Positions 39,420 to 53,052 of a DNA stretch of 64,000 bases are shown in pieces. Source of the DNA: Octopus sinensis. Lineage: Eukaryota. The first letter of the stretch is position 1, and every line of letters starts with the position of its first letter. Under the pieces are notes generated by a model, which searched no databases, was not told the DNA's origin, and saw nothing but the letters and a program-made list of their open reading frames with translations. A program made the position numbers and the translations under genes. The stretch covers positions 17,918,001 through 17,982,000 of the forward strand of contig NC_043021.1 of assembly GCF_006345805.1 (NCBI RefSeq), in the 5' to 3' direction.

Positions 39420-40125
39420 TCATCATCATCATCGTTTAACGTCCGTTATCCATGCTAGCATGGGTTGGACGGTTCGACCGGGGATCTGGGAAGCCAGAAG
39501 GCTGCACCAGGCTCCAGTCTTATCTGGCAATGTTTCTACAGCTGGATGCCCTTCCTAACGCCAACCACTCCGTGAGTGTAGTGGGTGCTTTTTACGTGTG
39601 CCAGGCGAGGCTGGCAACGGCCACGGTCGGATTGGTGTATTTTACGTGCCACTGGCACGGAAGCCAGTCGAGGTGGCGCTGGCATCGGCCACGAGTCAGA
39701 TAGTGCTTTTTACGTACCACCAGACCAGGGATCCTGGCTGGTTCAATTCGATTTCGATTTCCCCAACATGTCTTCGCAAGCAAAGGGGGTTGGCATGGGT
39801 GCCTGTCGTCGGATGAGGTTCTATATTGACTTCGCTTGCCTCAACAGGTCTTTGTGTCCAAGGGAGGAAAGGCATGCATAAGTGGGCTGGGCTCACTTGT
39901 CCTGCCTGGTCTTCTCATGTACAGCATATTTCCAAAGGTCTCGGTCGCTGGTCATTTCCTCAGTGAGGCCTAAAGTTCAGAGGTCGTGCTTCACCACCTC
40001 GTCCCAGGTTTTCCTGGGTCTACCTCTTCCACGGGTTCCCTCAACTGCTAGGGATTGGCACTTTCTCACACACCTATCTTCATCCATTCTCGCCACATGA
40101 CCATACCAGCGCAATCGTCTCTCTT

Positions 40126-40128
<3 letters not shown>
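39420..40128 (-). mobile_element. 5'-truncated RTE-clade LINE (ORF end, 3' UTR, (GAT)n tail)
   Basis: QERRLRWYGHVARMDEDRCVRK...GTRGRGRPRKTWDEVVKHDL is the typical RTE C-terminus. Confidence 0.88.
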
Positions 40129-40193
<65 letters not shown>

Positions 40194-40646
40194 TTATTCC
40201 ATTATTTACATCTTTATATGTGTGGATCTGTGTCTCCATATGTGTCTGTTCATGTGTGTGTGTGTGTGTATGTATGCACTTTTTTTTATTCCATTATTTA
40301 CATTTGACGGATATTTGTCCTCATCTTGTTTGTCGTTAACATGTTTCGGCTGATAAACCCTCCAGTCTTCATCACGTGCCTTGATGAAGGCTTGAGGGTA
40401 TATCAGCCGAAACATTGTGTTAACAACAAACAAGATGAGGACAAATATCCATCAAATGTAAATAATGTACATAATTCCTCATCTCTTAAATATAGAACTG
40501 TAATATATATTACAGTTCTATATTTAAGAGATGAAGAATTATGTGCATTATTTACATTCAATGGATATTTGTCCTCATCTTGTTTGTTGTTAACACATTT
40601 TGGCTGATATACCCTCCAGCATTCTTCAGGTGTCTTGGGGAAATTT

Positions 40647-41126
40647 TGTCTACCCTATGTGAAAGGCCTCTCTGAAAAGATACAAAAGATATACAGCCCA
40701 TATGACCTCAGGACAGTATTCAAGAGTAATACAACACTTTGCAAATATCTCCTTCGGGTAAAAACATCAATAGAAGAGAATATGACCAAAGATTGCGTGT
40801 ACTCCATCCCATACAGCTGTGGTAGGTTATACAAAGACGAAACATGCCGCCCCTTCAAAATGAGGGTAGATGAACATCGCAAAACTATGACATGAGGAGA
40901 TATTGATAAATCAGGTATAGCTGATCATGTATGGAAAAATGGAGACCACCTCCCCCTGTGGGATGAAGTTAAAATAATAGACAGAGAACACCACTGGAAA
41001 ATATGAAAACTAAAAGAAGCAGCACATATGCTAGGACACAACAACCTCCTAAGCAGACTGAGTGCAGATATGAGCAGCATATGGGAACCAGTATTAAGGA
41101 AGGATATGAAAATATTAGATTTATAA
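40647..41126 (+). pseudogene. Penelope GIY-YIG endonuclease remnant
   Basis: One frame: LPYVKGLSEKI...CVYSIPYSCGRLYKDETCR...RVDEH...SGIADHVW...KLKEAAH; in-frame TGA at 40893 and 41004; TAA at 41124. Confidence 0.85.
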
Positions 41127-41155
41127 GCCCTAAACTTCACTCCATAATTGCCCGC

Positions 41156-41228
41156 GGCCATATGGCATAGTGGTTAAGAGCGCGGGCTACTAACCCCAAG
41201 ATTCCGAGTTCAATTCCAAGCAGTGACC
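41156..41228 (+). other. tRNA(Ile)-like cassette with Pol III A/B boxes (not a functional tRNA)
   Basis: A box TGGCATAGTGG 41163-41173; GGG-CTACTAA-CCC anticodon-like arm; B box GAGTTCAATTCC 41206-41217. Confidence 0.7.
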
Positions 41229-41667
41229 TGAACAACAACAACAATAATGATAATAACATCGAAAAATACCTTAGGTTCGAAATTTCCCCAAGACATGGAT
41301 GGTATATCAGCTGAAACGTTGAGGACAAATATCCATTGAATGTAAATAATGTAAATGTAATATATATATATTCATTTTTTTAGTATGCTTTATATCATCA
41401 CCGTTTAACATCCATGTTCCATGCTGGCATGGGTTGGACAGTTTGGCAGGATCCAATGGGCCCAAGGACTGCATTGTATTCCTATATCTACTTGGACATG
41501 GTTTCTACAGCTGAATGCCCTTCTTAACACCGACCACTTTTTACAGTGTGTATTGGGTGCTTTTTTATTTTTGTGCCACCAGCACTAGTGAGGCTGCCCT
41601 GCAGTTTGCAAGCCTATGAATCCCGAGGGCATGTCTAAGTAGTTATGTAGTTCATTTCTCAGTGAAG

Positions 41668-41912
41668 ATCATCATCATCATCATCGTTTAACGTCCGCTT
41701 TCCATGCTAGCATGAGTTAGATGGTTCAACAGAAGGCTGCACCAGGCCCAGTCTGATCTGGCAGTGTTTCTACAGCTGGATGCCCTTCCTAATGCCAACC
41801 ACTCCGTGAGTGTAGTGGGTGCTTTTTACGTGCCACTGGTACAGGTGCCAGACGAGGCTGGCAAACGGCTACGATCGGATGGTGCTTTTTACGTGCTACC
41901 GGCACGGAGGCC
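41668..41912 (-). mobile_element. Family C RTE-tail element
   Basis: Family similarity. Confidence 0.8.
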
Positions 41913-42617
41913 TTTAATCTCACTGCAAGGCACTCAAACCAAGTGCCTTTTACCATGAGATCACCCCAAGCCTTTCTTTGAAATCAAGTAAATGGAAACT
42001 GTGTAGAAGCCTGTTAAATTAACTGTACCTGCAATTTGAATGCCCTTCATTATCGCATACACACTGTCATGCTGAGAATACTTGATGATTATGTTACGCA
42101 TACTGGATACAAGTGCTTGTGGAATATTCAGGCACTTTACACTGCAATTTGCCAAAAATAAAATCTGCCAAATATCCCACAAATCACATCCTAAAAACTC
42201 AGAACATTGGATTATGAGGAAGCCATGTTCAACTTGCTTGAAATAATAACAAAATCATGTCTTTCTGCTCAGAAAAGGACAACACTTCATTGAATAATGT
42301 GTTCATGAGTTGCATTGATCAAAAGTGGTGTCTTGTGTCCTGTGTCTTCTTGATCAAGACTGGCCAAATCTAATCATCAGGGACATATGGCAACAGACTG
42401 AAATAATATAGAAATCATAAATAATAATGACTGAATGGCTTTAGTTTTGAACTACTATCAGCTTTTGGTTTTATGAGTTCAAGTTTACATATGAATATTC
42501 TTGACTCTCTGGTCAGGGTACTTAATTCTACATCTTGCAGTTTGGAAAATCACTTGCAATCAAACATAAGTCCTATCTAGGATGAGTTAGTTTCTCATTT
42601 GCTAACATAAAAAAAAA

Positions 42618-43050
42618 TCAAAATCGAAATCGATCAACATCAATGGAAATTGTAGCTGTGATACCAATGGCGATGGGATGTAAGAGAACCATCTGAATGT
42701 GGCCGTTGCCAAGGCTGCCCCGACTGGCCTCCGTGCCGGTGGCACGTAAAAAGCACCATCTGATCGTGGCCGTTGTCAGCCTCACCTGGCCTCCGTGCTG
42801 GTGGCACGTAAAAAGCACCATTCGATCGTGGCTGTTTGCCAGCCTCGTCTGGCACCTGTGCCGGTGGCATGTAAAAAGCACCCACTACACTCACGGAGTG
42901 GTTGGCATTAGGAAGGGCATCCAGCTGTAGAAACATTGCCAGATCAGACTGGGCCTGGTGCAGCCTTCTGGCTTCCCAGACCCCAGTTGAACCGTCCAAC
43001 CCATGCTAGCATGGAAAGCGGACGCTCAACGATGATGATGATGATGATGA
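42618..43050 (+). mobile_element. Family C RTE-tail element
   Basis: Family similarity, (GAT)n tail. Confidence 0.85.
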
Positions 43051-43549
43051 AGTAATCCTTAGTCTTGTGGATTCTTCAGTTTTATGACAGGTTTCACTGT
43101 TATATCAATAACGGCATTTAATAATTTCTGTTCAGCATTTTTGTGTGTTTGTAAATACACTAACAATACAATAATTACAGCATATATACACTATTTACCC
43201 GTGTGTATGAGTATACATACACCTATGCTATATATGTGTGATTATAGTCTCGGTAGAATACAACAACTTGCAACAATACTTATTTACTGTGTTTATAAAT
43301 ATAGTATCTGTTGAGTAATTTAGCAGCTGGTTGAAATAGTTGACAACCTCTCACTTGCAAGGTCATGTTTCATATTCTGATGTGAAAAACAATGATTTTT
43401 TTTTTGGTTTTTTGTAACCAAGCTTAAGTGTATATAAAGGAGACCACAGGAGGAATGAACAGATGTTATTGCCAGAAATATGGCACAAATGAATCCAAAG
43501 TCAGTTTTTTGTTGATGCAGCAGCAGTAAAAATTTTAAACAGACAGCAT

Positions 43550-43629
43550 ATCTGTCTGTCTATCTTTATATCTATCTATCTTTATATCTATCTATCTATC
43601 TATCTATCTCTGCCTGCCTGCCTGCCTGC

Positions 43630-43687
<58 letters not shown>

Positions 43688-43728
43688 CTGTCTGCCTGCC
43701 TGTCTGTCTGTCTGTCTGTCTATCTTTA

Positions 43729-43802
<74 letters not shown>

Positions 43803-43810
43803 TTATCTAT
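43550..43810. repeat. (TCTA/TCTG/CCTG)n microsatellite
   Basis: Directly visible. Confidence 0.95.
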
Positions 43811-45477
43811 ATAAATGTTAATCAGTACATTAATAAGATAATAATTGCAATAATTGCATGATTATATTGGCAAATATAGATTTCTAACATTGGCATCAGG
43901 CCATAAATTTTGAGGAAGGATAGTTGATCAAATCAACTCTACCTTGCACTTATTTGAACAGAAAACATTTTATTGACCCCAGAAGAGGAGTTGAGTAGCA
44001 GAATAAGTAGTGTCAGATAAGATACCTTGTGATATTTAATTATGTATTTTATGACAGGGAGTAGTGTCCCTGCCTTCTGAGCTAATTTTCCACCACGTTT
44101 CTTAAGAACCATGGTAGAGGGTCCTTGGTCTCAGGACCACTCATGTCTAGAAACTGAGGTTGAGGGGTAAGCAAGGGCATGCTCTCCATAGAAAATTCAG
44201 CTCTGAAAAAGCCTTGTGACAATAGCAAAGCCTCATGACAGGGGTTTAAAACCCACTGCAGTCAACTTTGACTTTAATCCTTCTGGGTTTGATAAAATAA
44301 AATAGCAGTTAAGTATCATTGTTTAGATTAGTAAATAATATTATTTAGATAAGTGAAGAACTCCAGGTATTCTTGTGGCAGGGTCCGAGGTTATAGTTCG
44401 TCATCATTCTATATTGTAAATTCATAGTTGTGCCCCATCTTTTACACCAAGACAAAACATGTACATGATAACACTCCTAATCAGTTAAGATCAGAAGCCA
44501 TGAGAGCCACTGCTTGGTATTGCATCAGATTATCATTTTGGCGATTTTGCCCTTTGAAAGGCAAAATCACCAACGTTGACTTTGCCTTTCATCCTTTTGG
44601 GGTCAATAAATTAAGTACCAGTTGAACACTGGGGTTGATGCCATCGACACATCCCCTGCCCTTGTGGCAAAATTTGAAACCATTATTATTATTATTATAA
44701 AGTCTGAGGAGAGAAAATAGAACCTGTCGCATTTTCAAACTTTCTTAGGGAGATATTTTTTTGATAAAAAAAATGGTTATATCACGTTGGAAAAGCAACA
44801 AGAAGTTGATTGAAATCTTGTGGAAATTACTTCCAATTGCTAAGATGACATTGAAGGTACCATACATTATCTGTCTTACATTTTCTGCACTATTTGTAAA
44901 GAGTTTATGAAAACATTTATATAAACGGTAGTGCTCCAGCATGGCCCACTGGTTTGGAATATATAAAAAGTATATGAATGTATTATATGGTATTTATTAT
45001 AATACTAAAAACTACTTGAAAATGTTTCCACCCTCTGTCAGTATTTATGGTATGTCACTAGCAGCATTTGGGTAGCACTTTCTATATAAGGTGGAACAGA
45101 TCTGTTCATTTCTCATGGACTTTTGAGCTAATATTTTATAACAATGTACTACTTTAGTGTTGTATTTGTTTAGTCCCAGGTTGGGGGCAGACCAATGATC
45201 AAAATTGATCCAGCCGTGACCAGTCTGCTATTTTATACATCAAGTATAAGAACTTTACTATCCAATTTGTCTTGTTTTTTTTTTTTGAAGATGGTAAGGT
45301 GTGGCTTAATTGAGATTTTGTTGCTATTTCTAGCAGGTCAAACAACAAGTTGGTTTGCAATCGATTGTTTTAATTGTGGTTGCAAAGATTAGGCTATTGG
45401 TTTTCAACTGGGTTCCATTTAAGATTTTGTTAAAATTTATTTTATGTGTAAGAAAAATTGGTTGTGCTTCTACAATA

Positions 45478-45890
45478 CATCATCATCATCATCATTTAGC
45501 GTCCGTTTTCCATGCTAGCATGGGTTGGACGGTTTAACTGGGGTCTGTGAAGCCGGGAGGCTTCATCAGGCCCAGTCAGATTTGGCAGTGTTTCTACGGC
45601 TGGATGCCCTTCCTAACGCCAACCACTCCATGAGTGTAGTGGGTGCTTTTTACGTGCCACCTGCACAGGTGCCAGACAAGCTGGCAAACAGCCACGAACG
45701 GATGCTGCTTTTACGTGCTACCAGCACGGGGGCCAGGTGAGGCTGGCAATGGACACGAATGGATGCTGCTTTTGCGTGCTACCGGCACGGGGGCCAGGCG
45801 AGGCTGGCAACGGACACGAACGGATGCTGCTTTTACGTGCTACCGGCACGGGGGCCAGGCGAGGCTGGCAACGGACACGAACGGATGATG
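45478..45890 (-). mobile_element. Family C RTE-tail element with 61-bp minisatellite
   Basis: GATG(C/A)TGC unit starts at 45701, 45762, 45823, 45884. Confidence 0.85.
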
Positions 45891-46209
45891 CTTAAAATAA
45901 AATTCCTAATAATAATTATAAAAGTACAGTAAGATTTTTTTTCTTATATACACAGCAAATGGCTATAGAGGTCCAGGAGAGTAAGATAGGAATCAAAGGG
46001 GTCCTTTGGAAAAAAAAATGGTTGAGAACCATTGCATTTGGTGAACTAAATAGCATATTGGATTGTGAATTAATGATGTCTTCTTTGAGATTGTAATTCT
46101 TAAGCCACATCCTTCTCAAGAAAATTTATTTTAACCCTTAGAGACATAACCTACCTGCAGAAAATAGCTTGGGAGTTGAGTACATTGTCAGGAATATAAC
46201 ACATGTTAA

Positions 46210-46435
46210 CCCTTTTAACATTCAGATCAGTTTGTCAAATGTAATGTTTATTTATTCACATTTTTAAAAAAGTTAATCATGCATTATCTTGTAGCTTTGA
46301 GATTTTGAAGATGTGATTGTTTATTTTTAGATTAACATTGTAGGGTAAGTGTGAATGGGTGGAACAGGTCAGCTTCAACAAAAGATAGGTAGAAGAATAT
46401 TTGGGCTGGATATGACTGGTTTAAATGCTAAAGGA
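46210..46435. mobile_element. Old piggyBac-like MITE
   Basis: TTAA|CCCTTTTAACATT ... AATGCTAAAGGA|TGAA; inverted homologue at 53053-53270. Confidence 0.6.
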
Positions 46436-46716
46436 TGAATCCAAAATTAAAATCTTTGACAACATAACATTGCTTCAACACATTTGTCTGTCTCTCTCAC
46501 ACACAATGTACTTAATTCGAGATATTTGACACCTCTCACTTGCAAATTCTTGTTCATATTGTGGTAGTAATTTAAAAATTTTTATCTCACAAGATGCTGA
46601 TACAGCTTTTGTAGTTAGGGGGTTTGATTTGCAACCATCTGGCTCTAGGTTTCTCACTGTGTGATGATATTTTGGGAAAGTGTCTTGAGTGAACCCTTAT
46701 CTTGTGTAGAATTTAG

Positions 46717-47135
46717 CATGGCTGTGTGGTAAGTAGCTTGCTTACCAACCACATGGTTTCGGGTTCAGTCCCACTGCATGGCACCTTGGGCAACTGTCTT
46801 CTACTATAGCCTCAGGCCGACTAAAGCCTTGTGAGTGGATTTGGTAGATGGAAACTGAAAGAAGCCCGTCGTATATATGTATATATATATATGTGTATAT
46901 ATATGTATATATGTGTGTGCGTGTATGTTTGTGTGTCTGTGTTTGTCCCCCTAGCATTGCTTGACAACTGATGCTGGTATGTTTATGTCCCCGTCACTTA
47001 GCAGTTCGGCAATAGAGACCGATAGAATAAGTACTGGGCTTACAAAGAATAAGTCCCGTGGTCGAGTTGCTCGACTAAAGGTGATGCTCCAGCATGGCCA
47101 CAGTCAAATGACTGAAACAAGTAAAAGAGTAAAGA
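46717..47135 (+). mobile_element. Family A SINE
   Basis: Family similarity. Confidence 0.85.
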
Positions 47136-50100
47136 GTAATAAAATAAGTACCAGGCTTTAAAACTAGGGTTGATTAGTGAGACTAAAATTCTTCAAGATG
47201 GTGCCTTAGCATGGTCGCAGTCTAATGACTGAAGCAAGTAAAACATAAAGAATATGTAGTATGTGGTTTGACACAACACTGCTAGTGAAGCAAAATTGGT
47301 GCTCTTTCAAAATGTTAACTTAACCAATTGATAAAATATAGATTGATAAAATAAGTGCCAGGCTGAAATAAGTTCTGGGGTCACAAATAAACATTTGTGA
47401 AAGCTACATCATCATTGTTTAACATCCACCTTCCATGGGTGGGATGGTTTCACAAGAGCTGACCAGGCAGAAGCCTGCACCAGGCTTTTGTGACTGTTTT
47501 GGCAGGATTTTTACAGCTGGATGCCCTTCCTAACACCAACCTCTCAGTAGAGTGGACTTAGTACTTTTTATGTGGCATAAGCACAGGCAAGGTTTTTACA
47601 GCTGGATGCTCTTCCAAACACCAACCACTTTACAGTGTGGACTGGGTGCTTTTAAGTGGTACCTGCACACACACACATTGTATACATGCATAATTTTCCC
47701 ACCACACACACACACACACACACATACATGCATATGCATGCACACTTTATATCTGTTTTCATCTACTGAATTTCTCTCATAAGGCATTGGTGAACTGAAG
47801 ATTATGGTACGAAATACTTGTCCAGGATTCTATGCAATGAGATTGAACCTGAGACACTTCATGGTTGTGAAGCAAATATCTCCACACCTATGTCTGTAGT
47901 CACTTCACTGCATCAAAACTCAGTTTATTTATTATATCAAGAAAGAAAAGATTGTAAAACTTTTACAGTGTTATTTTGGTCAGATTAGTTTTATCATTTA
48001 ACACCGTAAGCAGGACATTGCTAAATAATTTTTAAACTTGATTTGAACTTATTTCCAGTTTCAAAACTACTTGAGAATGTATGCTTGAAACAAACTGCCT
48101 ATCCTTTTCAAATATTACGTAAGACCCAGTTAAACTTTTTGCATCTTAATTGTATTTGAAGAAGAAATCAATAGTAGTTTTTGTGAATATGACTTCATCA
48201 TCATCATCATCGTTTAAGCGATTTCCAAGTATTTTCCATAAGTTTTGAAATCAATTTCAGTTGCCATTGTGATTTCAGTCTGGTAAGTAGGTGTATAAAA
48301 ACGCAGAGAAACCCATGGTTACAGCAGTTAATTTCCCTTCTTCTCATTTGCTTATCTCTTTATGCATTTGTTGACCACTTTGCAGTGCTTATTACTGGGT
48401 TTTAGTCATCTGTCTGTAAAAATTACTTTCGCTTCTATTTTTGGCGTATGTTAAGAAAAGATCACTGCTTGTTATTGCCTGGGTGTCAAGCATTACTATA
48501 TACTAGTGCCATATTTGGGTGCAGGGATGGCCATGTGGTAAAGAGGTTTGCTTCATAATCACATGGTTCTAGGTTCATTCTTTCACATGACAACTTGGCC
48601 AGTGTTTCTTACTATAATTTTGAACTGACCAAAGTCTCATGAATGAAATTGAACAGAAGGAAACTGCGACAGCCTGTCAAATGGCCTGTGCCTTTTGTAG
48701 GGAGTTAAACATAATGGCATCCTACTGAACACCACCACCTGGTGCTTTTAGAGGAGTCCACTGTTTCATGCTTTTTAGGCCCAGGTTTCCAGTCTGAGGA
48801 TAACTCTTTCCTTTCTCCCACCAGTGTCATGGGGTCCTGCAGAAATGGCGTAGGTGCTGCCTTCTCTCTTCTGACTAAGTTATAAAAACAAAAATATTCT
48901 TGAAGGGGTTTGATGTTAAATACATTTATTGGACTAACAATAGATTCCAGACATTTCATAGACAATGATACTTCGACTATTTCTAATGAAAGAAGCGTGA
49001 TATAATAAAGATCACTTTGTATGCCATGAGTGAAGTGCTGACATTTCAGACAAGGCCCTTTCCTTGAAGATGATTTGAACTTAGTTTATTTGAGATTCTA
49101 ACTCCCACTGCTCTTTCCAATTTTACTGGAGTTTGTTTGCACTTTCTCAGTGGCTAAGTTCTTGTTTCTAGATTTGACTGAATTATCTAATTTTGGTTTA
49201 ATTCCTAGTTGGAACTATGTTGTTGTTTTAAGTAAGGTATGACAATCAACATTCTCTGTCTTCCTTCTCCATGAATATAAGACTTTATTACCCAATACAA
49301 ATAATCATTACTAATGTGACTGTGTGAATGATATTAATAGAGTATTGTACTGTGATTTAGTACCTGTGATATATGTGGTCAAATCAACTGAAAACTCCTC
49401 TTCAACTATAAATTTGATATAGTTTGTAGTCAAATGAAAATACTATCAACGTTAGTAGGGTGGGGCACATGTCGAGGTTGTAAGTCCACAGATGAATCTG
49501 GAATTTTCTATTGATATGGCTTCACTTTAGTTTTATATTGGGAAAGGTCTGAGTGTCATAAAACCATTTTCTCTTTTTCTCTTGTCAAATTACAAGCTCA
49601 TTGATGTTTAACCCTAGGTCATCCCTGATCTAGCAGACCTCTCATAAAAGGGATTTCAGCAATACCCATTTCATCTTTTTTCTATACATAATGTACCAGG
49701 ATTATGTTATTCTGGTGAGATGTGGCTACTGTTTTTAGCAGGTTGAATGATTGTATTAAAAGTTCATTCTTTGTTCAAAGCTGATGTTATTAGTCTATGA
49801 GATGAAATTGAAACAAAAATTTTAGAAGCAGGTCCTATGCCTTTAAAAACCAAAACCTTGGTCAAGATGGTCCTTACTTCATCTTATTTTCAATTTGATT
49901 TCTGCTAATGCAAGCCAGCAAGTATTAGTCTACTAATTGTTGTGACTATCCTTATTTACAAACTATTATAATTTGTCTGCTTTCTACATTGGTAGTTAAG
50001 CAATTCTAGTGAATATGCTTATTTACGAAAAACACTAGTTTGTCTGTTCCATACACAGTCAACCAATTCTATAGTTTGTCTGCACTTTACGTAGTCAGTT

Positions 50101-50619
50101 TCCATATTTAAATTATGCTATAAATTATTTTGTCAATAATATCAGTTGTTACATTAATATTAAAGTCTAATATTTCAACTAAATATTTTTTTAGTACATC
50201 TACCTGTAATATAAACTAATGACTATGTAGAGTTTTTATTTGTTCACTAAGTGACTTGATTTGAGTCTTTGTGTTGTTGATACTGGATCAATAACATTGT
50301 GGTAGAAGAGCCATTATACTCATCTTTTATCTTCTACTTGTTTCTGTCATTGAACTTAGGCCATGTTGGAGCAGCAACCTGGAAGGGTTTTAGTTGAATG
50401 TATCAGTTCCTGTATTTATTGGTGTTGGCTTGTTTACATCCTTGTAACTTGCTGAACTCCGTTAAGTTACAGGGATGTAAACAAGCCAACACCAGTTAAG
50501 TAGTGGGTGGGTTGGGGTGGACAAACAAAATATAAGCATTAAGGCATACACACACACACACACATTCACACATGCTCACATGCACATGACTGGCTTCTTT
50601 CAGTTTCTGTCTACTATAT

Positions 50620-50850
50620 ATATCTTTACTACCCACAAGGGGCTAAACACAGAGGGGACAAACAAGGAGAGACAAACGGATTAAGTCGATTACATCGACC
50701 CCAGTGCGTAACTGGTACTTAATTTATCGACCCCGAAAGGATGACAGGCAAAGTCGACCTCGGCGGAATTTGAACTCAGAACGTAATGGCGGACGAAATA
50801 CGGCTACGCATTTCTCACGGCATACTAACGACTCTGCCAGCTCGCCGTCC
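50620..50850 (-). mobile_element. Family B SINE nested in a family A SINE (50324-50980)
   Basis: 16-bp TSD TTTCTGTCTACTATAT at 50604-50619 and 50851-50866. Confidence 0.9.
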
Positions 50851-51754
50851 TTTCTGTCTACTATATCCATTCACAAGGCTTTGGTTGGCCCAAGACACCT
50901 GTCCTAGGTGTTGTGCAATATAATTGAACCCAAGACCAGATGGTTGGAAAGTAAGCTTCACACCCACATGGCCATGCCTGCATGTATTTCACTTTTCATT
51001 TATTTACTTCATTTTTTTTTTGAGGTGTCGAAATTTTGTTGCACTTTTGCAACCTGGTCTGGTCACCGACACATTTTCACTGTATGTTGTTGAAAATAAG
51101 ATACTGGCAAGTTTTTATAAGCTTTGTTGGTTGTAGAATGTAGTGTGTGTGAATGTATGTGTTTATTTTTCTGTTCTCTGTTCTCTTCTGTCTCCCCCTC
51201 TCGTTCTTTTGTTTTCTCTTGTTTGTTTCTTAACGTAGTTACCTTCAGCTTCAAGTCTGACAGCTTAATATATATTCTGATGTGTTGATTAGGTTCTATT
51301 TTTTGTTGTTGTTGAACTTGTGGACCAGTGGGACTACTGTATTGTTGCTATTTGACCACTGAAGGTCAAATGTTTTATGTCTCAGCAATATTGTTATGTA
51401 TAGTAAACTGGTTTTGCAAGTAAGCCATTTAATTTAATATTATGCAGGACAGAATATAGAATGACAGTTTTCTAATTAAATAATTATTATATATATAGTG
51501 TCATGAATTAACTGAGATTTTAATGTAAATGTTACTAGAGGTTTTCTGTGTGATTTAAAAAAATTTTCTGCTGAAACCTCTGTTTTTAACTTTTTCAAAT
51601 TTAGAGAAGTGAAACCAAAATTTTAATATACATCAAAGTGATTTAGAATAAAGCTAATGTCTAATTTGGTTAATTTAGCGTCACCAAATTTAAAGCCCTA
51701 AACATTAGAAAGGTAATTTGAAATAATTATGTGATGAGGAAAAGACAATGTTAT

Positions 51755-51967
51755 GTTTTACTTGTTTGTAATTTTTGGCAGTGGCCATGCTGGGGCACTG
51801 CCTCAAAGGGTTTTAGTTGGAAAAATCAATGCCAGGACTTATCTTTTAAGGCCTGGTATTTATTCTATTGGTTCTCTTTTACTGAACTGCTAAGTTATGG
51901 GGATGTAAACACACCAACACTGGTTGCCGAACAGTGGGGGAGGGGGACTAATACAGATACAAAGACA

Positions 51968-52008
<41 letters not shown>

Positions 52009-52165
52009 CATATATATGATGGGATTCTTTCAGTTTCTGTTTATCATATCCATTCACAAGGCTTTGGTTGGCCCGAAGCTATAGTAGAAGACCCTTGTCC
52101 AAGGTGCCACACAGTAGGACTGAACCCTGTACCATGTGGTTGAGAAGCAAGTGTCTTACCACACC
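51755..52165 (-). mobile_element. Family A SINE (diverged)
   Basis: Family similarity. Confidence 0.75.
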
Positions 52166-53052
52166 TCCATGATTTTAATTATTAGGAGACAAACTGAGGT
52201 ATGTCTTTGGTGGTGTAACCAGGGTTTTGGCTTCTCTGTACTGTAGCCATATTTGCTGCCTCTTTGACTACAGCTAACACACACATATATATAAAGTGGC
52301 TGCCCTGTGGAGTTTGCACATGCCCCATATGCTATGCTCTTTCATTGCATGCCTTGCTTTCATTAACTCTACTTAGTAAATCATGAAGCTTCACTGTGTA
52401 TTTCAAAATCTTACCATTTATATCAAGGATAGATTGATAGATTGTTGGAATATAAATTGATGCCAGAAAATGAAAGGCAAAGTTTTCCTCAGTGGGATTA
52501 AAATCCTGCTGCAACTGAACATTGCAAGGCATTTTTTCCAATAGTCTATTTCTTTTGGTTTACCACTGAACCTGTAACAAGAAAATCACGGAGTAGATGC
52601 TCATTATTGTAATATACTTGTAATATTATTTGCATTAGTTGAATTGAGTTTATTGTTTCCTAATATGTTTCCTAACATTATTGTGAAATACTGAGTAGAT
52701 GCACATTATTGTGCACTAATACAGAGAGTTTTCTGTAATTTATACCTCTTCACTATCTCACTGAGCAAACTATGGTCTTGAAAGAGCTAAATGAATTTAT
52801 ACTTGTAATATCTAGATACAGTGGCCATAAGGTTAAAGGTTACTGAACTAGTTTGGTCATTAAGTTCATTCAATTTCTATTACAAGACAGAGTGATTGTC
52901 TTTGTCTCAATATCTCAGTATATCTGTTTGAAAATAATACCTCTGTTAGTCAGGTATATGAACAAATATATCACCCCAATTATTTGTATTTTACAAAAAA
53001 ATCTCCAACTCCTGGATGCAAAACAAATTAAAACCATTAAAAAATGATTTAA

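Larger units (their letters stand above)
40292..41355 (+). mobile_element. 5'-truncated Penelope-like element with inverted pseudo-LTRs
   Basis: Alternating pLTR copies 40292-40645, GIY-YIG remnant, deleted direct pLTR 41278-41355, TA-rich flanks. Confidence 0.88.

Noticed and set aside
41156-41228. Functional tRNA-Ser(ACT) gene
   Set aside because: Acceptor and T stems pair poorly, no long variable arm, no oligo-T terminator; embedded in a transposon
45640-45890. Regularly spaced repeats resembling a CRISPR array
   Set aside because: Whole units repeat with no unique spacers; part of a LINE 3' UTR in eukaryotic DNA; no cas genes
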